A stretch of DNA of 63,885 nucleotides, the filler included, from Octopus bimaculoides (Eukaryota), in the NCBI RefSeq assembly GCF_001194135.2. It is 6 parts of 5 records of this genome, joined end to end, with 100 filler letters (N's around TTAATTAATTAA, not from the genome) between each part and the next. Parts side by side here need not be neighbours in the genome. Positions count along the whole stretch, not along the records: positions 1 to 5,256 come from NC_068996.1; positions 5,357 to 11,391 come from NC_068984.1; 4 more parts are not named here. One strand, given 5' to 3'. How positions within the stretch are numbered: the stretch's first letter is position 1; each line of letters begins with the position of its first letter. A program made the position numbers and the translations under genes. Positions 1 through 11,372 of this stretch are shown piece after piece. The notes below the pieces were generated by a model, which saw only the letters and a list, made by a program, of their open reading frames with translations, was not told the origin of the DNA and searched no databases.

Positions 1-339
1 ATCAGTGGTGCTTTTACCTGGCACGAACCCAAACTGCATCTCATCTAAATTGATTCGCTCCCTAATTAGTTGGGCTATGACCCTCTCCGTAACTTTCATA
101 ACCTGATCTAACAGCTTGATGCCTCTGTAATTATTAGTATCTAAAGCGTCACCTTTACCTTTGTAGCAGTTTACTATGGTGCTGCTACACCAGTCATTGG
201 GTATGACTCCTTCGTGTATCACCTGGTTCGTAATACGGGTGACTAGGCTGTAGCCAACACTGCCAGATATTTTGAGCATCTCTGCAGTGATTCCTGATGG
301 GCCGGGGGATTTCCCTGTCTTCATACTCTTAATTGCTTT
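1..339 (-). mobile_element. RTE-clade non-LTR retrotransposon, reverse transcriptase N-terminal fragment; runs off the left edge of the window
   Basis: Manual - strand translation, absent from the ORF track and stop-free: KAIKSMKTGKSPGPSGITAEMLK...DWCSSTIVNCYKGKGDALDTNNYRGIKLLDQVMKVTERVI...QFGFVPGKSTTD. The K-S-P-G-P, YKGKGD, NYRGI and QFGF motifs are typical of RTE-type RT. Confidence 0.9.
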
Positions 340-841
340 GCATACAGTTCTTTGTGTAAAATTTTTTAATAATTACCTTTGAAAACATTATCCAATATCT
401 CTCAATAGTGATACAGTACTATGTGATGCTGAATATATATTGCTATTAATGTGTTACAAAGGCCGACATTTCGCCCACGTGGACAACAGTTTATAGACTT
501 GGCAAGCTGTCAGTCTCTTGAAATACAAAGCAAATATTTTTACTACATCATCCTTTAACCAACTGGATGTAGCAGCTAAATATCTTCTTTGACAAATTTT
601 GAAATTTAGGCCCTGTGAACCAGCTAAAGAGATTCTATATAGTTACTTGGTCTACTCAATGTTGTTACTAAATTTCTAAACCAATAAACCATTATTTTCT
701 TTAGAACAAGAATCACCAGCCAAATCTAAGTCAACAAACATCCTAACATCTTAAACAATGGATCACATGAACCACTGAGAAGGCTTCCTTATGACCGACT
801 CATTTTAAACTGCATAATTTATTTGCATTTTAAATTTTTTA

Positions 842-1040
842 TCTTTTATTTTCTTCAGTCATTAGGCTGCAGCCATGCTGGGGTAATGCCTTGAAGAATT
901 TTTAATTGAATGAATTGACCCCAGCACTTATTTTTTTTTCAAGCCAGGTCCTTTTTCTATTGTTCTTTTTTTCCTGAACTGCTAAGTTATGGGAATGTTA
1001 ACACATTAACGCTGGTTGTTTAGTAGTGGTGGTGAACAAA
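842..1040 (-). mobile_element. SINE family A, 3' half, degenerate
   Basis: Reverse complement resembles the 3' half of the full copy at 37677-38106 (cagcatggctgcagcctaatgactgaa...aataaaaga). Confidence 0.65.
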
Positions 1041-1104
1041 ACCTTTTTCAATAAATTCTATACTGCTTTTAAAATAGAGCGAAGGGGAAGGCGCATGAGT
1101 CAAC

Positions 1105-1200
1105 ATAGAGGCTCCTCAGTTGTCAGTCACTTGACCAGGTGAATGTAGTAGTCAAATTTCCCTCAATAAACTTTCAACTGTCTAAAAAAATAAAGATAGT
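1105..1200 (+). repeat. Unclassified interspersed repeat fragment, related to 21225-21400 (-)
   Basis: Shares CTTGACCAG..AA.TAG.AG.CAAAT.TCC...GTCT.AA with the reverse complement of 21225-21400. Confidence 0.4.
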
Positions 1201-1621
1201 GTGATGTCAGTCTGTGAGACAGCTTCTACATAACAACCAAATCCCCATCACATCTTAAACAAGACAGTTAAAACTGCCCCTGGTCTTGGAACAGAATGAC
1301 CAGTAACAAAGACAAGACAGATAGTGTTAAATCATCAATCGATCAATTAATCAATCAGCTACATCTGAGTCGAGAAAAGACATTTAAGAACAACAACAAC
1401 AACTGTAACAATGACAATAACAATGATTATGGCAGCAACAAATGTGCATAACCTTTTTCTTTCTTCTACCAAAACAGTTCTAATAGATCTGGCTACTAGC
1501 CAAATGGATATATAAATGAAACATCAGGAAAATGTCTAACTTATAAGAATAATTTAGCACTTTGGTTAACTTGTTTTGGCACCTCATTGTACATTAGACA
1601 AATTTGGCAATGTGCTATTGA

Positions 1622-2020
1622 TTTTTTTACCTCTCTCTTTTTCCTTTTCCCTCTCTCTCTCTCTCCCTCTCTTTCTCTCTCGCTCTATCTCTCACTCTCT
1701 TCTTACCATCATTATCACCATCATTATGGGCAGCATCGACATCTTCATCATGGTCATTGTTATCATCATCATCATCATCATCATCAACTTCATTATCATT
1801 CACCACTGCTGCCACCACCATTGCCACTGCTTCCACCACCACCACCACCACCACCACCACCACTACCAATCACAAACATCAGAACCATCTTCACTACTTA
1901 TATTCTCTAACCCCTCCATTAATGTCACTACCATCATACCACAAACTACAATCATGGAGTGGGGAGGTGGTGGTATGGTGGTGGTGGTGGTGATGAGGAT
2001 GATGATGATGATGATGATGA
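1622..2020. repeat. Compound microsatellite (CT)n / (CAT)n / (CAC)n / (GGT)n / (GAT)n
   Basis: Read directly; accounts for the poly-His/Pro/Thr/Val ORFs at 1576-2085. Confidence 0.95.
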
Positions 2021-2395
2021 CACCAATGCTGATTAGTAGAAGTGGTGATGATGATAGAGAGAAAAATTTACCAATGCTGTTTTGAAATTAAATCCAAACT
2101 AGCAGGACCCACAAAACAAAAAAATAAAAAATTAGGGGAAGCTATTTTTAGAAAGAAAGGATGATTTGCATTTTTATTGCATATAAATCTTGTTGCTTGT
2201 GAAAAATATATACAATAACAATCTATGCAATACTTAATGCATGTATCATTTATTAATACTTGATTCTACAGAAGCTGCAAGACCAATATATAATTGCACA
2301 TTCCTTATTATGTAATATTTTATCATAATATACATTATATACAATTAATGTGCACAAAACAATATATGGAATAGATGCAATGGTTTTATCTACAT

Positions 2396-2700
2396 GGTGC
2401 TGGTGTCATGTAAAAAGCATCCAGTCCATTCTGTAAAGTGGTTGGCATTTGGAAGGGCATTCAGCCATAAAAAAACCCTGCTAAAAATAACCTCGCCTGT
2501 ATTAGAGCATGTGAAAAGCACTGAGTCTACTCTGCAGTGTAGTTGGTGTTAAGAAGGGCATCCAGCTGTAAAAGTCCTACTAAAACAGACACAGTGACCT
2601 GAGGTAGTATTCTACCTGCTCAACTCCTGTCAACCATCCTACCCATACATGTATGGAAGACAGATGTTAATTGATGATGATGATAATGATGATGATGATT
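2396..2700 (+). mobile_element. Retroposon 3' tail (RTE-like 3' UTR or related SINE) with an internal ~110-bp duplication and a (GAT)n tail
   Basis: gtaaaaagcatccagtccattctgtaaagtggttggcatttggaagggcattcagccataaaa recurs as gtgaaaagcactgagtctactctgcagtgtagttggtgttaagaagggcatccagctgtaaaa; ends in gatgatgataatgatgatgatga. Clade assignment is inference. Confidence 0.55.
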
Positions 2701-2811
2701 AGTTTTAATTCCATTGCAAATTTAAAAAATAATATCCATGGCTATTTTGCTAAGTTTTTTCACTTCCAATCACAATAATATATTATTTTAAAATTTCCTT
2801 CTGCTAGACAC

Positions 2812-2839
2812 TTTCTCTCTCTCTCTCTCTCACTCTCTC

Positions 2840-2920
<81 letters not shown>
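2812..2920. repeat. (CT)n microsatellite
   Basis: Read directly. Confidence 0.95.
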
Positions 2921-2921
<1 letters not shown>

Positions 2922-3282
2922 GCTCTATCTCCCCCTCTCTCCCCTCTCCCCTTCTATTTTCTCTATCTTTACTTAAAAACAACTTTTTAACCTTGTAATT
3001 CCCCACTTCACATTGTTAACATTTCTCTCTTTCTCTTCCTCTTGAGATATATCAAAGAAAGTCTCCTTTACAGGGTATCTCAAATGAAAATGTCACTATT
3101 CTGTAAGTGGCTGTCTACATTTTTCCTCTCCTAAGGAGTCTTTTACCCAATGTATAATGAGCTATTATTTAGAGTGGCATTTGCATTTGAAATGTACTAC
3201 AGAAAAAAATGACCTTAAATATGTTTTAAATTATAGTACATACATACATTCATACATACATACATACCTATATATATTATAT

Positions 3283-3317
<35 letters not shown>

Positions 3318-3578
3318 GATATTTTATATATATATATATATATATNNNNNNNNNNNNNNNNNNNNNNNNNNNNGATTCAAGATGAATATGGTACTTAAGT
3401 TTAGGCACCAAAATTAAGTATGGTATTATCCATACAATTTCAAAATAAGGTGATTAAAGTCAAAATAAGTAACAAAGATATCCAAAGTTAATGCAGTGCG
3501 ATCGTTTCATGAGACTCCATTTATCTAAGCAATGCAAACATTACATCAAATGTAAAATGCAGAGCAATCCTCAGCTGC

Positions 3579-3615
<37 letters not shown>

Positions 3616-3799
3616 GGCAGTTTGAGTAAATCCCAGCTGTTTCCTCTTGAAGTACATATTTCAATATTACAATCAATATGTATCCATAGTTGCTGCTGTA
3701 CATTAGTAAAAATACATATTAAAACTGAGAATTATGGAAATATTATTTGCATGTGTTTCGTTTGCTAATAAGAGTTACAAAGATTTACATGTTAGATAC

Positions 3800-3895
3800 A
3801 GAGGCGTATGGCTTAGTGGTTAGGGCACTGGATTCATGATCATAATATTGTGGTTTAGATTCCTGAACTGGGGGGACTTCATTCCATGCTGCTTC
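3800..3895 (+). mobile_element. tRNA-derived SINE head fragment (family C/D-like)
   Basis: gaggcgtatggcttagtggttagggcactggattcatgatcataatattgtggtttagattcctgaactggg resembles the head at 20158. Confidence 0.6.
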
Positions 3896-4094
3896 ACATT
3901 AAGTACTTTACTCTTTATATGTTAGATAGACATGTAAGGAATTTCCTATTAGAAAATTCATCAGACAGAGAAAAAAAATTTTTATACTTAATTCCTTATA
4001 TGCATATCAAACATAAATCTTTGACATTCTTATAAGCAAATGAAACACATAATGCAGAATAGATAATACCAAAAATTTTCACTTATCTGTTTTG

Positions 4095-4455
4095 TTATAT
4101 GCATGTATGTATGTATATATGTATGCATGTATGTATGAGATGTTTGTATGTATGCATGTATGTATGAGATGTATGTATGTATGTATGTATGAATGTATGT
4201 GTGTGCATGTATGTATGTATGTATGTATGTATGCATGTATGTATGAGATGTATGTATGTATGAGATGTATGTATGTATGTATGTATGTATGAATGTGTGT
4301 GTATGTATGTATGTATGCATGCATGTATGTATGTATGTATGTATGTATGCATGTATGTATGAGATGTATGTATGTATGTATGTATGTATGTATGAATGTA
4401 TGTGTGTGTATGTATGTATGTATGTATGCATGCATGCATGCATGTATGTATGTAT
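4095..4455. repeat. (TATG)n microsatellite with recurring gaga/gaat/gcat variants
   Basis: Read directly; explains the HTYI/MYVC ORFs. Confidence 0.9.
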
Positions 4456-4467
4456 GTGTTACTTTAT

Positions 4468-4630
4468 GTTTGTGTTTGTCCTCCATAACTTAGCAGTTGA
4501 ACACTAGAGATTGATATAATAAGTACCAAACTTTTAAGAAATAAGTGCTGGAGTTGATTTGTTTGACCAAACTCTTCAAGGTGGTGTCCAGCCATGGCCA
4601 TATCCAATGACTGAAACAAATAAAAGATAA
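4468..4630 (+). mobile_element. SINE family A, 3' half
   Basis: taacttagcagtt...aataagtacc...atgactgaaacaaataaaagataa matches 37962-38106. Confidence 0.7.
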
Positions 4631-4909
4631 ATGACTAATATGTATTCCATTTTATTAAACCTCACCAATAATTATACATTCTTTCCAGTAATTCAACTTG
4701 TTTGTATATACACCAATTCAACGGATCTTTTTTTTTTTTCTACTTGCTAACACTTTCCTGCTTCCTCCTCACTGCTCCTTCACAGTACTTGAATGTGTAC
4801 CATTCAAACTATTTCTTATGGGACTTACTTCCATCCACTTCACATTTCTACACTTTTCATTTTCTTATTAACATTTTTGAATCAAATAGTAATAATAATA
4901 GTATAGAAA

Positions 4910-5256
4910 ACTATTATAAAATAACCACCATAGGACTGCAAAAATACCTACTCCAGAAGCAAGGGAAACTAATACAAATAGCCACAAAACACGAGCAAAA
5001 CAAAAAACTGTTTTCAGTATTTAAGGAAGCTGACAAATACAAACAAGAAATCAATCTACCTAACAAATACGAAGAAGAAGAAGAAGAAACAACAAAAGCT
5101 ATAAAACAAATGAAATCCAAACTAAAACTAGAACAGCAACGGACCATGATAAAACGATGGCAAGAAAAGCCCCTACATGGTAAATACTGGGCTAAACTAA
5201 ATGCGAAAGAAATAGACAGAGAAAAATCCCAGCAATGGCTGAGAAGCTCAGGACTC
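4910..5256 (+). mobile_element. R4/Dong-like (RLE-type) non-LTR retrotransposon fragment, post-RT region, truncated by a gap
   Basis: 3' part of ORF 4702-5304: ...RWQEKPLHGKYWAKLNAKEIDREKSQQWLRSSGL, matching the KPLHG..ID...S..WL..GL block of R4/Dong ORFs; a short (AAT)n run precedes it. Confidence 0.8.
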
Positions 5257-5356
5257 NNNNNNNNNNNNNNNNNNNNNNNNNNNNNNNNNNNNNNNNNNNN
5301 TTAATTAATTAANNNNNNNNNNNNNNNNNNNNNNNNNNNNNNNNNNNNNNNNNNNN
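5257..5356. other. Artificial scaffold linker 44N-TTAATTAATTAA-44N (also 11392-11491, 25750-25849, 36888-36987, 47990-48089)
   Basis: Identical 100-bp structure five times; the 12-mer contains stops in all six frames. Confidence 0.95.
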
Positions 5357-6594
5357 GGCGGTGGTGTCGTGGCGGCGGTGGCGGCGGTTTTGGTTTTGTA
5401 GAATTTTGCAAATCGTAGGGTTATAGAAATAGTGATGTTAATGCTAACGGTGGTGGTGGTGGTGGTGGTTGTAATAAACAGGGCAGAGGTCGACGATCCA
5501 CAGAGATTCAACATGTCATTGCAGGAGGATGACAGGAGGAAAGGGAGAGAGAAGGTAGGAGGTATTAGCGGTGGGTAAAATAGCGCACAGCACACAGTGC
5601 ACATATCTATGTCTGTGTCTGTGTGTTGGTGTAAGCATTTGAAATTTCAGTGCGTGTCTGTGTGTTTGAACGATGATTGTATCTTGGGGCGTGTGTGTGT
5701 GTGTGTGTGTGCTTTTGTCTATATCCTAGTGCATATATATATATGTGTATTTATGTATGCATTATGTATGTAGGCGCATGTATACATGTGTGTAAGGATT
5801 TACTTTTCGCATATGATGTGCGTGTGACTGTTCACAGCCTTCAAATGCTGCTGGCTATGTCCCACATCCTTGCTCCTGGCCATGTCCCAGCCTACTTCTC
5901 CATCCTCTACACCTTACAGCAAATTTATATCCTGCATAAACACTGAAGACATCTTTACACGCTGAAGTTGTTTTGGCATTCATACCTTTCTGCAAGCCAG
6001 CATACATCGAGAATTGAAAGCCAATCACACATTTTGAGCAATATTCTTTTCCAGTATTTTTCGATTATCCATACATTGTCGTCGAAACATCTCACTCCAA
6101 CTAATAGTGCCACGTGATATCTCACTTCACCTCCCCCCCCCCACATATCGTCACGTGGTCTTCACCTCATATTACCATGTGACATCTATTTCCTTCCTTC
6201 TGATGATTTATTGGTCTTCCTGCTATTAAAAAAAATTTTTTGTTCAATTTCTTCTTCCACGTATCCCTGTTGTTCTTCATGTACTGTCTTCCTTCCGCCA
6301 TCTCTCTCCATATTTTATGCATTCTTTTCCTTTTTGCAATCTGTTTTGACAGGCTCTCCCTCCTGGCAAACTTTCCGTTGTCACTTAGAGAACACATGTT
6401 CTTAACCGCTGCAGCTGTAGTTGACTAACGACCAAGCTTAGCCTGTTGTATAGTGAAACACTTGCCGGGGAAGAGACATTTGCTTGAAAATCCAGGCCTT
6501 TTAGCACAGCTCAGATATAAATTTGTATTCGATATTTCATAAAGATCTTTAGTGTCTTATTCAGACACCATCTTTGTTATTAATGCGCCAGCTT

Positions 6595-6814
6595 AAGGCG
6601 CCGAGCTGTCAGAATCGTTAGCACGCCGGGCAAAATGCTTAGCAGTATTTCATCTGTCTTTAAGCCTTGAGTTCGAATTCTGCCGAGGTCGACTTTGGCT
6701 TTCCTCTTTCCGGGTCGATAAAATAAGTACCAGTTGAATACTAAGGTTGATGTAATCGACTTGCCCCCCCCTCCTTCCCTCGAAATTACTTTGTACCAAA
6801 CATTTGAAATCAAT
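6595..6814 (+). mobile_element. CORE-type tRNA-derived SINE, family B, near full length
   Basis: aggcgccgagctgtcagaatcgttagcacgccgggc...gggtcgataaaataagtaccagttgaatact...gatgtaatcgact...aaacatttgaaatcaat; many similar copies in the window. Confidence 0.85.
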
Positions 6815-7074
6815 ATTGTTATGCGGTATTGTTATTTTTATTGTGAAGACAGCAGAGATTCTTTTGCGTTGTAAGAAGGGTCGATTCTATTCAGTGTTAG
6901 ATCCTACTGAGTGTGGATGGGGTCGAAAAATTTCATTCTTGTTACCGAAATATCTTTGAATTACCTTTGCTGCTGGTAGTGAACAGCTGACACCGTAGTA
7001 CATCTCCAGCGTTAGAAGTAGTGCAAAGGCAATAATAATAATAATAATAATAATGATAATAATATATATATATT

Positions 7075-7268
7075 TTTAGCTCAAGGACAGCAGTTTTCTT
7101 TTGTGGGGTGGGGAAAGGGAGTCGATTACATGGACCCTAGTACTAAACTGGTATTTATTTTATCACACCAAAAAAGATGAAATGCAAAGCTGACCTCGGT
7201 AGAATCTGAACTCTGAGCATGAGTGGGAAAAAATACCACTAGACATTTTGTTCGACACATTAATAGTT
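7075..7268 (-). mobile_element. SINE family B
   Basis: Reverse complement matches 6595-6814 (gtcgattaca...actggtatttattttatc...gacctcgg). Confidence 0.75.
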
Positions 7269-7591
7269 ATTAGTATTGTTGTGTAACTGAAGGCTATGTC
7301 TTTGAATTGGTTTCTATCACATTCTTGACTATATCTAAATGTCTCCGTTAAATATCGCCCAGTCGTTTCTGTAACCTAAACCGTGTAGAATAAAATTTAG
7401 GCAAGTGCGAGGTGGGAATCGTTCCTGTAATCGAGGGTTGACTGACAAGAAATAGAAACGTCTGGGTGCCATGTATTTTGATAAAAGGGTATTCTCGATG
7501 CAAACGTTTTGAAACAACATAAAAATACGCATATTGTAGATATGTGATTGCTGTTGCTGTTTGCAAAGAAAAGTGTGCGTGTGTGTGTGGT

Positions 7592-7782
7592 GGGTGAGAT
7601 GGTAGAATCGTTAGAGAGTCGGAAGAGATAATTTGCGGTCTGTTTATCCCGGCTCTTGACTTTCCGAGTTCAAATCCTACCGTGATCAAATTTACCTTTC
7701 ATGTTTTCGGGGATGGATAAAATAACTTACCAATCAAGAGCTGGTAAAAATTGCCAGCCGGCCTTGTGTCAAAATTTGCAAC
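7592..7782 (+). mobile_element. SINE family B
   Basis: ggtagaatcgttag...gagttcaaatcc...tttacctttcat...gataaaataa...aaaatttgcaac. Confidence 0.75.
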
Positions 7783-7784
7783 TA

Positions 7785-7823
<39 letters not shown>

Positions 7824-8514
7824 TGTTTTAAATCCCCAACCTTTGGGCTGGCTTGTGCCCATTCTCCTTTGCTATCATGAGGATTTTTTGGAGCTGGATT
7901 TCCTATGGAGAGCATGCCCTTGCTTACCCCCAACCTCAGTTTCTAGACATGAGCGGTCCCGAGACTAAGGCTTCTACCACGATTTTTAAGAAATGTGGCG
8001 GAAAACTAGCTCAGGAAGACAGCTCCCTGAGACCCCTTTCGGACCCCCCCCCCTACCTAGCGAGAAAACAACTAGGATCGAACTCTGAGGTTCCTCAGGT
8101 CTTGCACATCGAATTTCAACAACCAATACTTGGAATGTACGAATTTAATAAGAAGAATCGCTTATGGTATTTTATTTTACGTTCAAGAACCGAAAGACAA
8201 ATTTACAGCATATTTATAAATAAGAAATTATATTAGTTGATTGATTAATTTCTACATGGTGAAGGCATTGATTTCTCATATTTGTAGTTAATACCTTAAG
8301 ATCCAGCTGCTAGGGCGTTAAACCTGTTCTACGATAAATAGCACTGGAAGTTAATTGTATCTCGGGAGCTGCAGCTTGGCCACCGCTGGTATCTGCCACA
8401 CCTCTGTCTGTACGTCCAGTCATACAGTTTTGTAGATTTAGATATCACGTTACTATGTTGCTTAGCTGTTGATTGTTCTTCAAATTTAATCATTCAGTCG
8501 GAGTAGATAAGCTG

Positions 8515-8718
8515 AGGATAACGGTATGGCAGAATCGGCAGAGCGCCAGACACCTTGTGGTATTTAGTTATGTCCCTTTACATTCTGAGTTCAAATCCAG
8601 CCGGGGTCATCTTGGTCGTTCATCGTTCTGGGGTCGTTCAAATAAGCTACTAGTCAATTACTAGTTAAGGTACTAGTACCAATGATGGCGAAAACATTTA
8701 GTCCTGTATGTCAAAATG
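8515..8718 (+). mobile_element. SINE family B, degenerate
   Basis: tggcagaatcg...cattctgagttcaaatcc...ggggtcgttcaaataag. Confidence 0.65.
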
Positions 8719-9094
8719 ACTTATAAGGATTGCAGTTCCAGGTAGACGTTTGTAGAACCATTTTTGTCACGTGATCTCGCAGGAAGATTTTTTTCTTCAA
8801 AGTTCATCTCGTCTTACTTTTAAAGACCCACAGCGCATCACTGCTAAAACTTGTGAAATCACTGGATTCTACTCTCCCTCACCGGAGAAAGGGGTGGGGG
8901 AGAACTCGTAACAGCGTCAGATATGAACATCATGATTGGTGGATTGGCAGAATTGTTGGGTTGGATTTACCACGTTCAGTCTTCCGCCTCAGCAAGTCCT
9001 TCCCACCCAACCGCCACCGTCCGATGTGAAGGTATTGAATTTGAGCTTGAAGTCATACTGGTTTGGTGAGCCCACTCTGCCACACTAGCATGGC

Positions 9095-9300
9095 ATGGTT
9101 TTGCAAAGGGTTGCAGTTTTTATACTCTTACCCAGGAGCAGTTGAGTACATCGACCTCAGTGCATAACTGGTACTTATTTTATCGACCCCCGAAAGAATG
9201 AAAGGCAAAGTCGACCTCAGCAGAATTTGAACTCAGAACATAAGGACGGACGAAATACCGCAAAGTATTTCGCCTGGAGTTCTTCTGCCAGCTCGCCGTC
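9095..9300 (-). mobile_element. SINE family B
   Basis: actggtacttattttatcgaccccgaaagaatgaaaggcaaagtcgacctc...ctgccagctcgcc on the + strand is the reverse complement of family B. Confidence 0.85.
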
Positions 9301-9302
9301 AT

Positions 9303-9490
9303 TAGTAGAAGCGGTAGAGTATCAAAACTATCACAAAGAAATGCTTTGCGGTATTTCTCCTAATTCTTTATTCTGATTTCAAATTCTGTTAGCGTCAACA
9401 TTGCCATTCCTCCCTCTGCGGGGAGGGGATCAAATAAGTCATTTCGTCAAGTACTGAGAACCACCGTATCGACTAACCCCTCAAAAATTA
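9303..9490 (+). mobile_element. SINE family B, degenerate; head-to-head with the 9095-9300 copy
   Basis: gtagaagcggtagag...gaaatgctttgcggtattt...tcaaattc...caaataagt...tatcgactaaccc. Confidence 0.6.
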
Positions 9491-9597
9491 CAAAAAGTAT
9501 TATTCTGATAAATCAGGACGGTTGATAGTAGAATGTAGGGATACAGTTTCTGAGTTCAAGTTGTAGGTGTGCAACAGGCCTGCTAATATAATAATAA

Positions 9598-9755
9598 GCG
9601 TTTGTCCAATAGGCACAATACCTGGAGGTTTGGTGGGAGGAGGGGGTTAAGTTGATTACATCGACCCCGGGGCTCAAATAATACTTATTTTATCGACCCC
9701 GAAATAATGAAAGGCCCCGGCGGAATTTGAACTCAGAACGTAAAATCAGACGAAA
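9598..9755 (-). mobile_element. SINE family B, 3' part
   Basis: ttgattacatcgaccccgggg...acttattttatcgaccccgaaa...ggcggaatttgaactcagaacg. Confidence 0.75.
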
Positions 9756-9761
9756 AGAAGC

Positions 9762-9830
<69 letters not shown>

Positions 9831-10154
9831 TCAACCCTCTTGAGTACGATAGATAAATACAACCTTCTTAAGTACGAAATAGCCCAGCTATGGAAAATGA
9901 AGAAGGTGAAGATAGTCCCAGTTATTGTTGGGTCTTTGGGAACAGTATCAGAAGGCATCAATGGGAATATAAAGGAAATTGGAACAGAGTGCCCAGTAGA
10001 ACTGTTACAAAAGGTTTGCCTCCTTGGCACGGCCAGAATAATCAGGAAAGTGTTAGATAGCTGAAAAAAAAAAACGAATAGCATGGTACCGTGTGCTGCA
10101 GGTAGTAAGCCCGTTACGCATGCAGACTCCAGGAGCTCCAACAAAAACTGTGAT
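9831..10154 (+). mobile_element. R4/Dong-like retrotransposon, 5'-truncated (endonuclease C-terminus plus 3' UTR), flanked on both sides by (TAA)n
   Basis: ORF 9840-10064 IDKYNLLKYEIAQLWKMKKVKIVPVIVGSLG...LQKVCLLGTARIIRKVL; (TAA)n at 9764-9830 and 10155-10224. Confidence 0.88.
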
Positions 10155-10155
10155 A

Positions 10156-10224
<69 letters not shown>

Positions 10225-10226
<2 letters not shown>

Positions 10227-10975
10227 CAATTAAAAAAAGAAACAGAAAACCTAATTGTAGCAGCCTAAGATCAAGCGATAAAAACAAACAACTTGAGAAA
10301 AAACATATATGGAGAGAATGTCAGAAAAATGTAGAGCTTTTGGAACTTGAAATGAGACAATGACAGACATTGTGCCATTGTGGTCCCAAGTTGGCACAGG
10401 AAGAATATCAGAAATGGAGGCACGACCAGGTTGTAAAGGTTTTACACCGGAAACTGTGCCAGAAACGGGGATTTGAAGCTGGAAACACCTGGTACAATCA
10501 TCGAGTCGGAAGAGTACTGGAGTCGGAGAAATGTAAGAGTTTGTGGGACTTTCCTATTGAAACGGACAAGAAGCAAGAAAATAATAGACCAGACGTAGCA
10601 ATAATAGACAAAAAAAAGCGAAGTTGCTTATTAATTCATCCATCATGTCCGTTTTATTCCAGGATCGTAAAAAAAGAAGACGAAGAACAAAAAACAAAAC
10701 CAAAAACTATATACGATATGAAAACAGTAAATGTTGTGTTTATAGTAATTTGTGCATTGGGAAATATAAGCAAAGATAGAGGAAAAAGGTTGAAGGAGAT
10801 TGGAGTGGAATGTCCTGTAGAGCTTCTACAGAAAGTTTGCTTCTTAGGGACAGGAAAAATGATCAGGAGGGTTCTAAACATTTGAAAGACTATTGAAGGC
10901 TAAAGGATACCTAAGGTTACGGGTAGTAAGCCACTACTCGTATAAATTCTACCAGGAATAAAAACGAACATGAGT
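10225..10975 (+). mobile_element. R4/Dong-like retrotransposon 3' portion (degenerate zinc knuckle plus restriction-like endonuclease)
   Basis: LKKETENLIVAA*DQAI...CPKLAQEEY...RHDQV...LWDFPIETDKKQENNRPDVAIIDKK...LQKVCFLGTGKMIRRVL; shares ggtagtaagcc in the 3' UTR with the previous copy; followed by (ATC)(AAC)(AAT)n at 10979-11089. Confidence 0.9.
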
Positions 10976-10996
10976 CCAATCATCATCATCATCATC

Positions 10997-11089
<93 letters not shown>

Positions 11090-11091
11090 TA

Positions 11092-11304
11092 TGGTTTCAA
11101 ATTTTATCACAAGAGCAGCAATTTTGGGGGTGGGGATGAGTCGATTACATCGACCCCAGTGTTCAACTGGTACTTATTTTATCGATCCCGAAAGGATGAA
11201 AGGCAAAGGCGACCTTGACGGAATTTGAAGTCAGGAAGAAGCGACGGGCGAAATACCGCTAAGCATTTCATTCAGCGCTCTAACGATTCGGTCAGCTCGC
11301 CGCC

Positions 11305-11306
<2 letters not shown>
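11092..11306 (-). mobile_element. SINE family B, full length, embedded in (AAT)n
   Basis: Reverse complement: aaggcggcgagctgaccgaatcgttagagcgc...ggatcgataaaataagtaccagttgaacactggggtcgatgtaatcgact. Confidence 0.9.

Positions 11307-11372
<66 letters not shown>

Noticed and set aside
1576-2085. Poly-His/Pro/Thr/Val ORFs, and all later HTHT, YIYI, CVCV, RERE, MYVC and poly-X ORFs
   Set aside because: They are translations of microsatellites or N gaps, open in several frames, with no splice or domain evidence.
3042-3083. TTGAGATA...TATCTCAA hairpin with loose resemblance to miR-993/miR-10-family sequence (tacagggtatct)
   Set aside because: Only 8 contiguous pairs, the seed does not match and the precursor is too short.
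6167-6397. Basic 76-aa minus-strand ORF (RRESLSKQIAKRKR...)
   Set aside because: It is the antisense reading of a pyrimidine-rich tract, with no convincing splice sites or recognisable domain.
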